Below are positions 1-10,286 of a stretch of 64,000 nt of DNA, one piece after another. Source of the stretch: an uncultured Hyphomicrobiales bacterium (GTDB lineage: Bacteria; Bacteroidota; Ignavibacteria; Kapaibacteriales; UBA2268); assembly GCA_964581505.1 (NCBI GenBank), contig CAZOOR010000006.1, forward strand, positions 8,781-72,780, in the 5' to 3' direction. The translations under genes were made by a program, and so were the position numbers. The notes under the pieces are model-generated. The model saw only the letters and a program-made list of their open reading frames with translations. It did no database searches and had not been told where the DNA came from. Within the stretch, counting starts at the first letter, position 1; each line of letters begins with the position of its first letter.

Positions 1-60
1 CTCGGGTGGGCTGTCAAAGATGCTAAGGATAATTTTGAATTAACTCAATTATAGGTAAAA

Positions 61-2325
61 ATGTTCCCGAGAAAACAAATTCTGATTTTGTTATTTTTCA
101 TTTTGTCATCTGCATTTATTGCGGCACAAACTAAAATCACAGTCAAGGACAGCATTGATACGGAATCAAGAGTTACTTCCTTGCTGTTCGGAAATTTCTT
201 TGAATTTTTATTTGGCTTTATTAACGGCGAATATGGATTTTGGTCGCAAGAACTCATAAGTCGCGGTTTCGATATGAAAGATTATATCGGCGAAGGAACA
301 TCTTATCCTTGGCGGGCATTTAATCTGCCGAATGACCGACACAATTATATACAATTATTGGAGGGCGGTTATAATGAGAACGGACTTACTTACCAAAAAT
401 TAATAAAAACAACAGAAGAAGGGATGTTCGGTATATCGCAAACGGTATATGTTTACGATACTGTCGGTGGGGATTTCTATGTCTATCTGCGAACGGAAAC
501 AAATACATCAACCGCATACTTGATGCTTTGTGATACTGCAAATGATAGAGTTCTCTATTCTGCCGAAATGAGCGGAATAAGCAATAAATGGAAAAAATTC
601 TCATTGAAAACACCCGGTTTCCTCGGTACAAACAAAGCAAAGCTGGTAATTTGTTTAGCCGATATTGGCACTCTTTCTATTGACGAGGCTTCATTTATGC
701 CGGAAAATAATGTAAATGGAGTAAGAAAAGAATTTTATGATATATTCAAAGAATGGCAACCGGGGATAATACGCTATCCGGGCGGCTGGTTTGCCGATTC
801 CAAAAGATGCTATTTGGAATATATGACCGGCGACATTGACAAAAGGAAATCACCAAATCTTATCAATCCTCTCGAACCGCAAAGAATAGATTTTGGTCTT
901 GATGAGTTTATGTTACTCTGCGACAGTGTGAATGCAGAAGCACATCTCGTTGTAAATATAGAGAATGCACAACCGGAGCGTTCGGCAAATTGGGTGGAAT
1001 ATTGCAATAGTCCTCCGAATACTGAATTCGGAGCAATGCGCGCCGCAAATGGTCATACCGAACCCTACAATGTTAAATATTGGGAAATCGGTAACGAACA
1101 ATGGGTTGCTCCGTTTGAAATGTCTAAAAAGTATTTGCTTCATTATAAAAAAATGAAAAAAATCGACCCGACAATCAAAACAATGATTGACGGAAATATT
1201 TGGGGTGGCGAAAAATATCTTGATACTTTGTTTTCCGTGATTAATAATCAGACCGAATATTACAGTTATCATTCCATCTATCCTGCAATGCCAACGGTGA
1301 GCGATTATAATGATACAAACAGGTATTTGATAGTAATGGGTATTTCCTATCTTCCTGAAGGGGAAGTAAATATTATGCGAAAATGGAAAAAGAAATGGGA
1401 TAAAAATGAGCAAGTAAAATTATCGCTTACGGAACTGTTTTTAGATTATCGAACTCCGAGAGATATACTCGACTCATTTGATATTAACTCAACACTCGAA
1501 ACCGGACTCTGGATGGCAGGTTACCTGAACGGGGCTTTACGTATTTCCAAATATCTTGACATTCTTGAAAAGACATTCGGCATTGCTCATATCAAAGCGG
1601 GATATAATAAGTTCGGCAAACGAATTATTTATCCTACACCATTCCAAACGGTTTTGACATTCTATCAAAATCATAGAGGCAAATATATAATGCCGGTAGA
1701 TGTGAAAACGGAAAAATATTCAACCACGCCTATTAAAGGTATGTTTACTCTCTATGATATTCCATATCTTGATGTAACTGCAACAATCAAAGACAGCACT
1801 ATATATTTATCAGTACTTAATAGACATATCACCGACACTTTGGAGACAGAGATAGTTCTCCCAAGAGAAATTTCCAAATACAAAGCAATAGTTTACGAAT
1901 TGAATGCGGATTCAATTTATGTTGCCAATACACCCGATACACCTGAACGAATTAAATATGTAAAGAAAAATGTCGAATTGTCCGAAAGTTATAGATTTCC
2001 TGCACATTCACATACGATTATTGAACTGACTCCCAAGAACAATACAATACCTATTGATACAATTATAACAAATAAAAATACTATCTTTAAAATCTACCCC
2101 AATCCGAGCGATAATATTATATATATTGAAATTCCAAAAACTTGTATTAGGGAATTAACAGCAAGGATATTTAATTTATCGGGAGAATTAATTAAAGCAA
2201 TTACTATACCGAAGACAAGTGAAAAGATTTCCATAAAGATTGGCGAGCTTCCTAAAGGGTATTACTATATCAATATAAATAACAAGCAAAGTCTTGTTTT
2301 TTCAGCAAGTTTTATTAAATTATAA
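61..2325 (+). CDS. Secreted glycoside hydrolase, GH51-like (alpha-L-arabinofuranosidase-like clan GH-A catalytic domain) with C-terminal T9SS sorting domain
   Basis: N-terminal signal peptide; IRYPGGWFADS and YWEIGNEQW motifs resemble the GH51/clan-A (beta/alpha)8 catalytic region, with NE as acid/base; C-terminal about 80 aa (IYPNPSDNIIYIEIP...YYYININN) looks like a Por/T9SS CTD. Confidence 0.5.
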   Translation: MFPRKQILILLFFILSSAFIAAQTKITVKDSIDTESRVTSLLFGNFFEFLFGFINGEYGFWSQELISRGFDMKDYIGEGTSYPWRAFNLPNDRHNYIQLLEGGYNENGLTYQKLIKTTEEGMFGISQTVYVYDTVGGDFYVYLRTETNTSTAYLMLCDTANDRVLYSAEMSGISNKWKKFSLKTPGFLGTNKAKLVICLADIGTLSIDEASFMPENNVNGVRKEFYDIFKEWQPGIIRYPGGWFADSKRCYLEYMTGDIDKRKSPNLINPLEPQRIDFGLDEFMLLCDSVNAEAHLVVNIENAQPERSANWVEYCNSPPNTEFGAMRAANGHTEPYNVKYWEIGNEQWVAPFEMSKKYLLHYKKMKKIDPTIKTMIDGNIWGGEKYLDTLFSVINNQTEYYSYHSIYPAMPTVSDYNDTNRYLIVMGISYLPEGEVNIMRKWKKKWDKNEQVKLSLTELFLDYRTPRDILDSFDINSTLETGLWMAGYLNGALRISKYLDILEKTFGIAHIKAGYNKFGKRIIYPTPFQTVLTFYQNHRGKYIMPVDVKTEKYSTTPIKGMFTLYDIPYLDVTATIKDSTIYLSVLNRHITDTLETEIVLPREISKYKAIVYELNADSIYVANTPDTPERIKYVKKNVELSESYRFPAHSHTIIELTPKNNTIPIDTIITNKNTIFKIYPNPSDNIIYIEIPKTCIRELTARIFNLSGELIKAITIPKTSEKISIKIGELPKGYYYININNKQSLVFSASFIKL

Positions 2326-2471
2326 GTTCGAATTGTAGAATTATTATTATCGATGTAACTCTTTGCTTCATATTTTGTTTAATATGAGTAAGTTTGTTTA
2401 ATAATTATAATAATGGAATGCAACTTTTTTTAATGTAATGGTACTTATGTTTAACCGAATGTTATAATATT

Positions 2472-3035
2472 TTGGAAAAAAAATTAAATACATATTCGGA
2501 TTCCGAGTTAATCGCAATAGTATGCGAGCAGAAAAGCGAGACAAATGCCGCTTTTTCGGAACTGTATGACAGACATTCGGCAAATGTTCGTAGCTTTATT
2601 CATTATATGATTCAAAGTGAAGAGCAGATAGAAGATATATTTCAGGAAACGTTTATTACGTTTTACAAAAGAATTGGCGAAGGCAAAGATATAAAAAATT
2701 CAAAAGCATATTTGCTTTCAATTGCTCGCAATCTTTGCCTGAAATATTATAGAGATAAGAAAACGACAGTGCCGTTTGAACCGGATAGTTTCTTTGTAGA
2801 TGAGAGAGGAAAATACGAAAGTGATGAATTGTTTTCAATCATTGTAAGAACACTACCATTACTTCAAGAAAAACAACGTGAAGCATTTATTTTGCGTGAG
2901 TTTGAGGGGTTGCCCTACGACGAGATAGCAAAAGTTTGCGATACAAGTCTCTCCAACGCAAAATCAAGGGTCTTTAGGGCGCATAAAAAATTAATCGAAA
3001 TTTTAGAACCGTATTTGAAGGATTTAGCGGATTAA
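2472..3035 (+). CDS. RNA polymerase sigma-70 factor, ECF subfamily
   Basis: Region 2 and region 4 signatures (FITFYKRIGEG...; LPLLQEKQREAFILREFEGLPYDEIAKVCDTSLSNAKSRVFRAHKKL). Confidence 0.8.
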   Translation: MEKKLNTYSDSELIAIVCEQKSETNAAFSELYDRHSANVRSFIHYMIQSEEQIEDIFQETFITFYKRIGEGKDIKNSKAYLLSIARNLCLKYYRDKKTTVPFEPDSFFVDERGKYESDELFSIIVRTLPLLQEKQREAFILREFEGLPYDEIAKVCDTSLSNAKSRVFRAHKKLIEILEPYLKDLAD

Positions 3036-4223
3036 ATGGAACATAGTGATAAAATAAATATGCTTTTTGAATTTGCAGACGGGACATTAGACCCGAGCAA
3101 GGAAGACCAATTATTCCTTATGCTGTCATCTGATGATGAACTTCGTCAGCAATTCAAATCACATATCGGTATCAAAAATTCCGTCCGTACAGGTACGGGC
3201 AATGTTCTTGTTCCCGGAGCATCAAAAGCCGCCGTGTTTGCCGGCTTGGGGCTTGATTTGCCACAGTCTGCTAATACGACCGAACCTCCTTCTAACAAAC
3301 TTTTCTATACAGCGGCGGGAGTTTCACTCCTTCTTACTGCTTTTCTTCTGTTATTCCAATATAACGGCAATAATGAAAAAAGACAATTGCATATTGCTAA
3401 ATTTGACATTATGAAAAATGTTACGCAAATTATTCCTACCGATATAAATCGGCTGAATATACCTTCGGTGTCCTCAAAAGAGATAAATACACAAAGGGCT
3501 GATGTGCATAATACTATCGGGATTAAGTATGCAAATATTAATGCCGAAGGCATTAATCTTAATAATGCTGACATCGAAGAAGGTGCAGAGGAGACAAGCA
3601 AGAATACTATTATTTTGGAGTTATCCGCCGCTGATTTTAACTCACCTGTGGCTTCAATAGTACCGGAATTACTACCCGCAAATAGTATATTGTCGAATAC
3701 AGATGAATACAAGTCCCTATTCAATACTCTTGCAGTCGATAATAACTATGGACTTTCCGTTGAATTTCGCAATAGTAGGTATAGTAGTATAAAGACAGCT
3801 ACTATTTCTCCTAAAGAATATTCTCCGGTGAACAATATGGCTATTGCTGTTTCCTATTCACTTAATAATAATTTCAGTATCGGCTTGGATATTCGTCAGG
3901 AAACTTTCTTTTTACAATACAGAGGGACGAAAGACAGCAAGCAATTCATCTACGAACAGCAACCGAATTTCACGACATTCACTAGCACGTTGAAATACAG
4001 TCTTAATGAAATAAATAATTGGCGTCCTTTCGCACAGGTTTCATTAGGTATAAATAATCTTGGGTTTGTATCAAGAGCTATGCTGGGTACTGAATATAGT
4101 GTGTTGGATAATTTCTCTCTCATTCTCGGTGTTGATTTTAATAATCTTACTTATTCATATCAAAAAAATTATTTTAATAGTTCAAAAATTGGTTTAAATT
4201 ACGGTCTGATATATTCGTTTTAA
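3036..4223 (+). CDS. Putative anti-sigma factor / membrane protein partnered with the ECF sigma
   Basis: Start codon overlaps the sigma gene stop (TAAATGG); N-terminal cytoplasmic segment, one TM helix (AAGVSLLLTAFLLLF), beta-rich C-terminal domain; classic sigma/anti-sigma gene order. Confidence 0.4.
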   Translation: MEHSDKINMLFEFADGTLDPSKEDQLFLMLSSDDELRQQFKSHIGIKNSVRTGTGNVLVPGASKAAVFAGLGLDLPQSANTTEPPSNKLFYTAAGVSLLLTAFLLLFQYNGNNEKRQLHIAKFDIMKNVTQIIPTDINRLNIPSVSSKEINTQRADVHNTIGIKYANINAEGINLNNADIEEGAEETSKNTIILELSAADFNSPVASIVPELLPANSILSNTDEYKSLFNTLAVDNNYGLSVEFRNSRYSSIKTATISPKEYSPVNNMAIAVSYSLNNNFSIGLDIRQETFFLQYRGTKDSKQFIYEQQPNFTTFTSTLKYSLNEINNWRPFAQVSLGINNLGFVSRAMLGTEYSVLDNFSLILGVDFNNLTYSYQKNYFNSSKIGLNYGLIYSF

Positions 4224-4442
4224 TAAAAAACGTTTGCGGACTGAACCATTAGAATAATTAAAAATCATATTGCGGCAATTACTATTCTTTATCCGATTAT
4301 TATAATATTCGGATTTTTACTCTATTCTTGTGCAGACCCATTCGAAATTGAAGAAAATATTAATATAATTCCCGTTAATCAAGACACCCTTAATATTAAT
4401 GGGATTAAACCGCTTTCCCCTGGTAATGCTTGGTTATACCAA

Positions 4443-4913
4443 GTGAAGAAATACGACTCCACAGGAAAAATGCTTGATAGCTTTGTATATACTGATTCCG
4501 TTGTTAAAGATACTGTAATTGAAAAGGCAAATTGGTTCAGAACATCGCATTATACAGATTATTGGCAAACAAATTCAAATGACGGGTTGCGTTTTAGGAA
4601 ATATCGAACAGGGCAATCTCTATTGGAATGGCTGGAAGCAAAATATAAGGGTGCAAAAGGCTTCTCTTGGCAATCGGGCGGCACGCAGAAAACAATTACA
4701 TCATTAGATACAAGTATCAGTGTAACTGCCGGTAAGTTTGTGTGTTATTATTATACCGGAATATCGTATAAAACAGCAACAGGTTGGGAGTATTCAAAAA
4801 TATTTTATTCTGCAAAAAACGGTTTAATCAAATCGGAAATATATCGGGAAAAATATAAAAAAATTCGTTGGCTTGCTATTTCGGTTGAATTGATAAGCTT
4901 TGACAAAAAATGA
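4443..4913 (+). CDS. Hypothetical protein
   Basis: ORF only; 4-nt overlap (ATGA) with the downstream adhesin gene suggests co-transcription. Confidence 0.25.
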   Translation: MKKYDSTGKMLDSFVYTDSVVKDTVIEKANWFRTSHYTDYWQTNSNDGLRFRKYRTGQSLLEWLEAKYKGAKGFSWQSGGTQKTITSLDTSISVTAGKFVCYYYTGISYKTATGWEYSKIFYSAKNGLIKSEIYREKYKKIRWLAISVELISFDKK

Positions 4914-7900
4914 AGAAATTATTAATCATATTGTTGTTATATATTTTTACTGTTAGTGCTTATTCACAGCGGGAAGCATATAATTGGTATTTTGGAAACG
5001 GAGCAGGATTATCATTTGCACCGTCTGGTTCTACCGTGCGAACAATTAATAATGGAGCATTAGCATCGCCTGAGGGTTGTGCCGCTATTTCCGATACAAT
5101 AGGCGGGTTGCTTTTCTATACCAACGGGACAACTATTTGGAACAAAAACCATACAGTTATGTTGAACGGTAGCGGCTTGAACGGCAATGGTGATGCCAGC
5201 CAATCTTCAATTATTATTCCCAATCCACAGCATAACGGATTGTATTATGTCTTTACTCTTAATTCCAATACACGTGCCTTTTCCTATTCCACTATTGATA
5301 TTAGACGAGCCGGCGGATTGGGCGCAGTTATTGAAAAAAATCGTGTGTTGATTAGACCTATTACGGAAAAACTAACGGCAACACTTGCGTCTGACGGAGT
5401 AAATTTTTTTGTTACTGTTCACGGTCTTGGAAATAACGTTTTTTATAGTTATTCTATTACAGCTTCGGGTGTTAATACAACTCCATATATTTCTATGACC
5501 GGAAGTTTGCATAACTCGACTACGGCAAATGCAAAGGGACAGATGAAAATTTCTCCTGACGGTAGAACCTTAGCAATCGTAATACCTGATGATGAAGTTT
5601 TTCAAATATTTGACTATAACGCCGGCAATGGAACGCTCACTAACCCATTGACAATTCCTATTGCCGGATATACACCTTACGGCATTGAATTTTCACCTGA
5701 CAGCAAAATACTATATGTATCAACAGGAAACATTCTGTTTCAATATACTATCGAAAGTAAAAATTCTACATATATAATAAACTCGCGTGAGGAAATTGCA
5801 CGAGCAAATGAACGGCTTGCGCAGCTACAACTTGCACCTGACGGCAAGATTTATATTGCTTCACTCGGACAGTATTTTATTGCAAGAATAAGCAAACCCA
5901 ATGAAAACGGAGCAAATGCGGGCTTTAGCCTATCCGCAATTAATTTGAACAGAAGAAGCTCGAACAAAGGACTACCGGCATTCGTACAGAGTTATATGAC
6001 TTATCTTTATACACCGAGCATCATCAATGCTTGCGAAAATGAAGATATTCAACTTCGTTGTACGATTTCCCGTGACGCTGATGCCGCTTCTTTTCGCTGG
6101 TCGGGACCTAAGGGATTTTCCTCGACTGAGCAAAATCCTATGCTTTTGGATTTGAAATTATCACAAAGCGGTTATTATAAGATAAGGGTAATTCTCGGTT
6201 CACTAAGTTTTGAAGATAGCATATTAGTTCATATTACACCGGCTCCGAAATCTAAAATTGTACCAAACGGTTCGACCGAACTATGCTATGGAGACACATT
6301 GAGATTATACGCACTGCCGGATAGTTCGCATTATTCTTATCGCTGGTCAACAGGCGAAAGCACACCAAGTATTCTAATCACTCGCGGCAAAAAATATTAT
6401 TTAACCGTGGAGGCAAATGCTTGTACGACACGTGATTCTATTGAAATAAAATCAGTTCCTGCTTTTACACCGCTTATTATTGTTCTCGGTGATAAAGAAA
6501 TTTGTGAAGGCGATACACTACTACTGCAAGCATATCCGCAAAATTCAGGAAATAAATATTATTGGTCAACAGGCGATACAACAGAAAAAATTCTTATTAC
6601 AAAAGGCGGCAAATATTCGGTTACAATTGAACGAGGAAGTTGCCGCCGTACTGCAAGTACGGAAATCATTAGCCTCGAAAAACCGGCAACACGAATTAAA
6701 GCATTAGGTCCAACCTCATTCTGTACGGGGGATAGTGTTGTTCTTGTAGCTGAACCACAAAAACCTAATTATCTGTATCATTGGTCAACCGGTGAAACTG
6801 CACCTCGTATTGTAGTTAAGCACACCGGGAGAATAACACTAACAACGATGGTTCGTAATGCCTGCAAAACGATTGATACGCTCAATATTACTGCCGGTGA
6901 TGACTTGAAAGTGAAAATCAAAACACCACCACCGCCATTTTGTGAAGGGCGTGAAATCGTTCTAATTGCCGAACCGATATCAAGTTCGTATGAATATCTA
7001 TGGTCAACAGGAGAGACGAACTATGTAATTCGAGTGAAGAAAAGTGGTGTCTATTCTGTTAGAGTGAAGGCTCCGGGAGGTTGCGAAGGTGTTGATACGC
7101 TTAATATAATATTTGCTTCGTTACCAAAAGCAATAATTGCACAGGGCGGTAGCGGTGAAATTTGCTCCGGCGACAGCCTATTGCTCGAAGCAACAAATAT
7201 CCGCCCGGACTATTCCTATTTTTGGTCAACCGGTGATACTACACATACTATTCAGGCTAAAGTTGCCGGTCTTTATTCGCTAATTGTTAGCAATAAAGCC
7301 GGTTGTACAGATACAGCAGTATTCGAGTTAAAGGTAAAACCCGCACCTAAAATCAAAATAATAAAAATACAAGCAGAGACTTTATGCAGGGGTGATTCGG
7401 CAATATTAATTGCGCGGACAAATATCGGAAATAGAATACTTTGGTCAACGGGTGAAACAAAAGACACTATTGTTGTCAAGAAAACCGCTCTCTATACAGT
7501 TAAAGTAACAAATGCCGCTTATTGCTCCGCCTTTGATAGTATATTGGTTATATTCAATCCATATAAGGAACCCGAAATAGAATCGGAAAGAGGTTTTGCC
7601 ATTTGCGAAGGCGAGGAAATAACTCTCAAATCCGTACATAAATATAAAAAATATCTATGGAGTACAGGCGATACAACTGCTTCAATTACAATCAATACAG
7701 CAGGCACATATTATTTAACAATAAGCGATACAAACGGTTGTACTGCAACAACATTAGCAGAAATTAAGAATAGGGAAAACTTAATTGAACATAGTTCCGA
7801 AATTGACTTTGCACAAGTGCTGATTAATACCAAGCAAAGTGATAATGTATTTATTCGCAATATCGGAGTGGATACTCTGATTATTTCGGACATCTTCATC

Positions 7901-8776
7901 TTAGGCGCTCCTACGGCTTATCATATATTGTCCCCGCCTACTTTTCCGCTCCGATTGGCAACGGGCGAATTATATCAAATAAATATTGAGTTTACGCCAA
8001 AAGTGTTGAAACATTTTGCTGATTCTTTGGTTATCGAAATCAACGCACCCTGCCAAGATGAGCAATATATCAGGATTGACGGTTACGGAAGTGGATTGGC
8101 GGAAGTTTCTATGCCCGATACAACCGGCATTATTGGCAAAAAGGATTTCCGTATTCCCTTACGTGCAAAAATTGAAGTACTAAACGAGGATATTATTAAC
8201 CTCACATATTCGGCAAAAATCAAATTCTATGCCGACATATTTCTGCCGAAACTACTAACAAATGGTATTATCAGGCATGATACGATTATTGCCGGTGAAC
8301 GAATTTTGACGATACAAGACAGCAACGTTATTCTAACTCGAGGCGAGAGCGTACTAACTGAATTATCGGGTATGGTGTTACTTGGTAGGCATACCACAAC
8401 CCCTTTTGATATTTATGACTTGAAGACGGATAATGATTTTATTGATATAAGCACACGGGACGGAAGCCTAAAAGCACAGGCTGTATGTATGCAAAATCTT
8501 AATATTATTAATACTTCCAAAGCGGCATTAATGATTATTAGCCCAAATCCGGCAAATGAGATTATTACAGTTCAATTTAATCATTTACCACAGGCGAATT
8601 ATAATCTGAGAATATATAGTACGGACGGCAGAACAATAGCAAACCGAAGTATAAATATTAGGAAAGGAAAAAATGAATTTGAGCTTGATTTGAGATATTT
8701 CGCCACCGGTACATATATAGTAAGATTATCGGGTGGGACTTATATCCTGAACGAGATATTAAACGTCATTAAATAA
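4910..8776 (+). CDS. Large T9SS-secreted cell-surface (adhesin-like) protein with 7 tandem Ig-like/PKD-like repeats
   Basis: Signal peptide; seven about 80-aa repeats, each with the pattern C.GD...L.A......Y.WSTGE(T/S)..I....G.Y...V....C...D...I; C-terminal ISPNPANEIITVQFN...GTYIVRLSGGTYI resembles a T9SS CTD. Confidence 0.6.
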   Translation: MKKLLIILLLYIFTVSAYSQREAYNWYFGNGAGLSFAPSGSTVRTINNGALASPEGCAAISDTIGGLLFYTNGTTIWNKNHTVMLNGSGLNGNGDASQSSIIIPNPQHNGLYYVFTLNSNTRAFSYSTIDIRRAGGLGAVIEKNRVLIRPITEKLTATLASDGVNFFVTVHGLGNNVFYSYSITASGVNTTPYISMTGSLHNSTTANAKGQMKISPDGRTLAIVIPDDEVFQIFDYNAGNGTLTNPLTIPIAGYTPYGIEFSPDSKILYVSTGNILFQYTIESKNSTYIINSREEIARANERLAQLQLAPDGKIYIASLGQYFIARISKPNENGANAGFSLSAINLNRRSSNKGLPAFVQSYMTYLYTPSIINACENEDIQLRCTISRDADAASFRWSGPKGFSSTEQNPMLLDLKLSQSGYYKIRVILGSLSFEDSILVHITPAPKSKIVPNGSTELCYGDTLRLYALPDSSHYSYRWSTGESTPSILITRGKKYYLTVEANACTTRDSIEIKSVPAFTPLIIVLGDKEICEGDTLLLQAYPQNSGNKYYWSTGDTTEKILITKGGKYSVTIERGSCRRTASTEIISLEKPATRIKALGPTSFCTGDSVVLVAEPQKPNYLYHWSTGETAPRIVVKHTGRITLTTMVRNACKTIDTLNITAGDDLKVKIKTPPPPFCEGREIVLIAEPISSSYEYLWSTGETNYVIRVKKSGVYSVRVKAPGGCEGVDTLNIIFASLPKAIIAQGGSGEICSGDSLLLEATNIRPDYSYFWSTGDTTHTIQAKVAGLYSLIVSNKAGCTDTAVFELKVKPAPKIKIIKIQAETLCRGDSAILIARTNIGNRILWSTGETKDTIVVKKTALYTVKVTNAAYCSAFDSILVIFNPYKEPEIESERGFAICEGEEITLKSVHKYKKYLWSTGDTTASITINTAGTYYLTISDTNGCTATTLAEIKNRENLIEHSSEIDFAQVLINTKQSDNVFIRNIGVDTLIISDIFILGAPTAYHILSPPTFPLRLATGELYQINIEFTPKVLKHFADSLVIEINAPCQDEQYIRIDGYGSGLAEVSMPDTTGIIGKKDFRIPLRAKIEVLNEDIINLTYSAKIKFYADIFLPKLLTNGIIRHDTIIAGERILTIQDSNVILTRGESVLTELSGMVLLGRHTTTPFDIYDLKTDNDFIDISTRDGSLKAQAVCMQNLNIINTSKAALMIISPNPANEIITVQFNHLPQANYNLRIYSTDGRTIANRSINIRKGKNEFELDLRYFATGTYIVRLSGGTYILNEILNVIK
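6236..7765 (+). repeat. Intragenic tandem DNA repeats (period about 240 bp, 7 units) encoding the Ig-like repeat array
   Basis: Recurring YxWSTGE(T/S)/Cys-containing modules in the translation; units are diverged, not identical. Confidence 0.6.
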
Positions 8777-8874
8777 ATAGAAAAAAATATTTTGTAAATT
8801 ATTGAAATTCTGCTTATTTTTGTAGTTCTTTAAAAAAAGAGTTTAATAATACATTATAATTTAAGAGAGGCAAA

Positions 8875-9477
8875 ATGAAGTACAACGGCCCAAAAGTGAA
8901 AATTTCGAGGAAATTGGGGCTGGAGCTAACTCCCAAAGCCAGAAAAGTTACACAAAAGAAAAATTACGGTCCCGGACAGCACGGTCCGTCAAGAAGACGT
9001 TCCAAGCAATCGGATTACGGTCGTCAATTGCTTGAAAAACAAAGATTAAGACTGCAATATAACATTTCCGAAAAGCAGATGTCCAATTATTACAAAAAGG
9101 CATCTAAGCTTGTCGGTAATACCGGTGATTTGTTGATTCAATTAATGGAATCACGTCTCGATGCTTTTGTTTATAGAGCAGGTTTTGCAACGACAATTTA
9201 TGCGGCAAGACAATATGTTTCGCACGGACACTTTAATGTCAATGGTCGCCGTGTGAATATTCCTTCTTATTCGCTTAAACCTAACGATTTAGTTGGCGTT
9301 CGCGAAAAAAGTAAAAAGCATATAGGTATTCAGGAATCTATCAGAAATGCCGGCGCTCCTACGTATATCGAACTCTCGAAGGCGGACTTTAACGCTCGCT
9401 ATTTGAATGTTCCCGAGCGTGAGGATATACCTGTTATTTGCGAAATTCCTCTCGTTGTAGAATATTATTCGAGATAA
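8875..9477 (+). CDS. rpsD: 30S ribosomal protein S4
   Basis: MKYNGPKVKISRKLG... N-terminus and S4 RNA-binding domain; 200 aa. Confidence 0.9.
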   Translation: MKYNGPKVKISRKLGLELTPKARKVTQKKNYGPGQHGPSRRRSKQSDYGRQLLEKQRLRLQYNISEKQMSNYYKKASKLVGNTGDLLIQLMESRLDAFVYRAGFATTIYAARQYVSHGHFNVNGRRVNIPSYSLKPNDLVGVREKSKKHIGIQESIRNAGAPTYIELSKADFNARYLNVPEREDIPVICEIPLVVEYYSR

Positions 9478-9498
9478 TTATTTCTTGCTTTTTTTATA

Positions 9499-9533
9499 AA
9501 ACCTTTCCCAATTTTGGCGAAAGGTTTTTTTTT
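9499..9533 (+). terminator. Rho-independent terminator after rpsD
   Basis: Hairpin AACCTTTC/GAAAGGTT followed by T9. Confidence 0.5.
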
Positions 9534-9592
9534 ACATATTTTTTTCCTATTTTAATTATGATTATTTAAGTAATGTTTAGGGAGTACTGATA

Positions 9593-10237
9593 ATGCGCAA
9601 GATTATTATTATTTTAATAATGCTATCTTCATTTTGTTTTTCAGAAGACGACTTTATGAATGACTCAAATCGATTCCTAGGTAGCGAGAGAATGAATATG
9701 GGATTAGGTGCTTTAACAGTATTATGCTATAAAACCGAAAACAGTATTTCCTCTTTTCTTGATTTCCCTCTATATTTTAATTACAGTTTTAGCCATTTTG
9801 ATAGATTGAGAATTTTTTCCAATCAGGGAATATATCAATCATCTTTAAATGACAAAGCCTTTTTTGCGGCATTGAGTGATTATGGATTGGAGTATGCTCA
9901 TTTTCTAACAAGAGATGGCGATAATAATATTGCTTTTAAATTGAGACAGAATTTTTTTAGACTGAACGCTCATCGACAATTTAATAGTATCACCAGCCTT
10001 CAATTCTTATTTGAACAACAATTATTCTATTCGGCAGACCCGAAAATAATTGGCGATTTGCGCATATTTACCATCATTGGTGTCTCCTATATGTATGAGA
10101 AAGATAAAGGATATTTTTCCTTACTCGCCGGTATCTCTCTGGCAAATAGTCTCCGACTCTCTTTTGATTTTGGTTCACTGATTTACAGAAGTAATTTCAT
10201 TAATATGATTTATCCATCTGTAGCAAATGGCTATTAA
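9593..10237 (+). CDS. Hypothetical secreted protein (possible small beta-barrel)
   Basis: Signal peptide; aromatic-rich alternating pattern; no recognisable motifs. Confidence 0.25.
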   Translation: MRKIIIILIMLSSFCFSEDDFMNDSNRFLGSERMNMGLGALTVLCYKTENSISSFLDFPLYFNYSFSHFDRLRIFSNQGIYQSSLNDKAFFAALSDYGLEYAHFLTRDGDNNIAFKLRQNFFRLNAHRQFNSITSLQFLFEQQLFYSADPKIIGDLRIFTIIGVSYMYEKDKGYFSLLAGISLANSLRLSFDFGSLIYRSNFINMIYPSVANGY

Positions 10238-10286
10238 TAATTTTTTATATTTTTTTTATTGCCTGCTTTATATTATTTTGAAACGA

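Noticed and set aside
913-1413. Antisense and embedded ORFs inside confident genes (for example 913..1413-, 22498..22812-, 22921..23304-, 52711..53172-, 35981..36304+)
   Set aside because: They overlap well-supported genes on the opposite strand or in another frame, have no motifs and skewed composition; treated as spurious.
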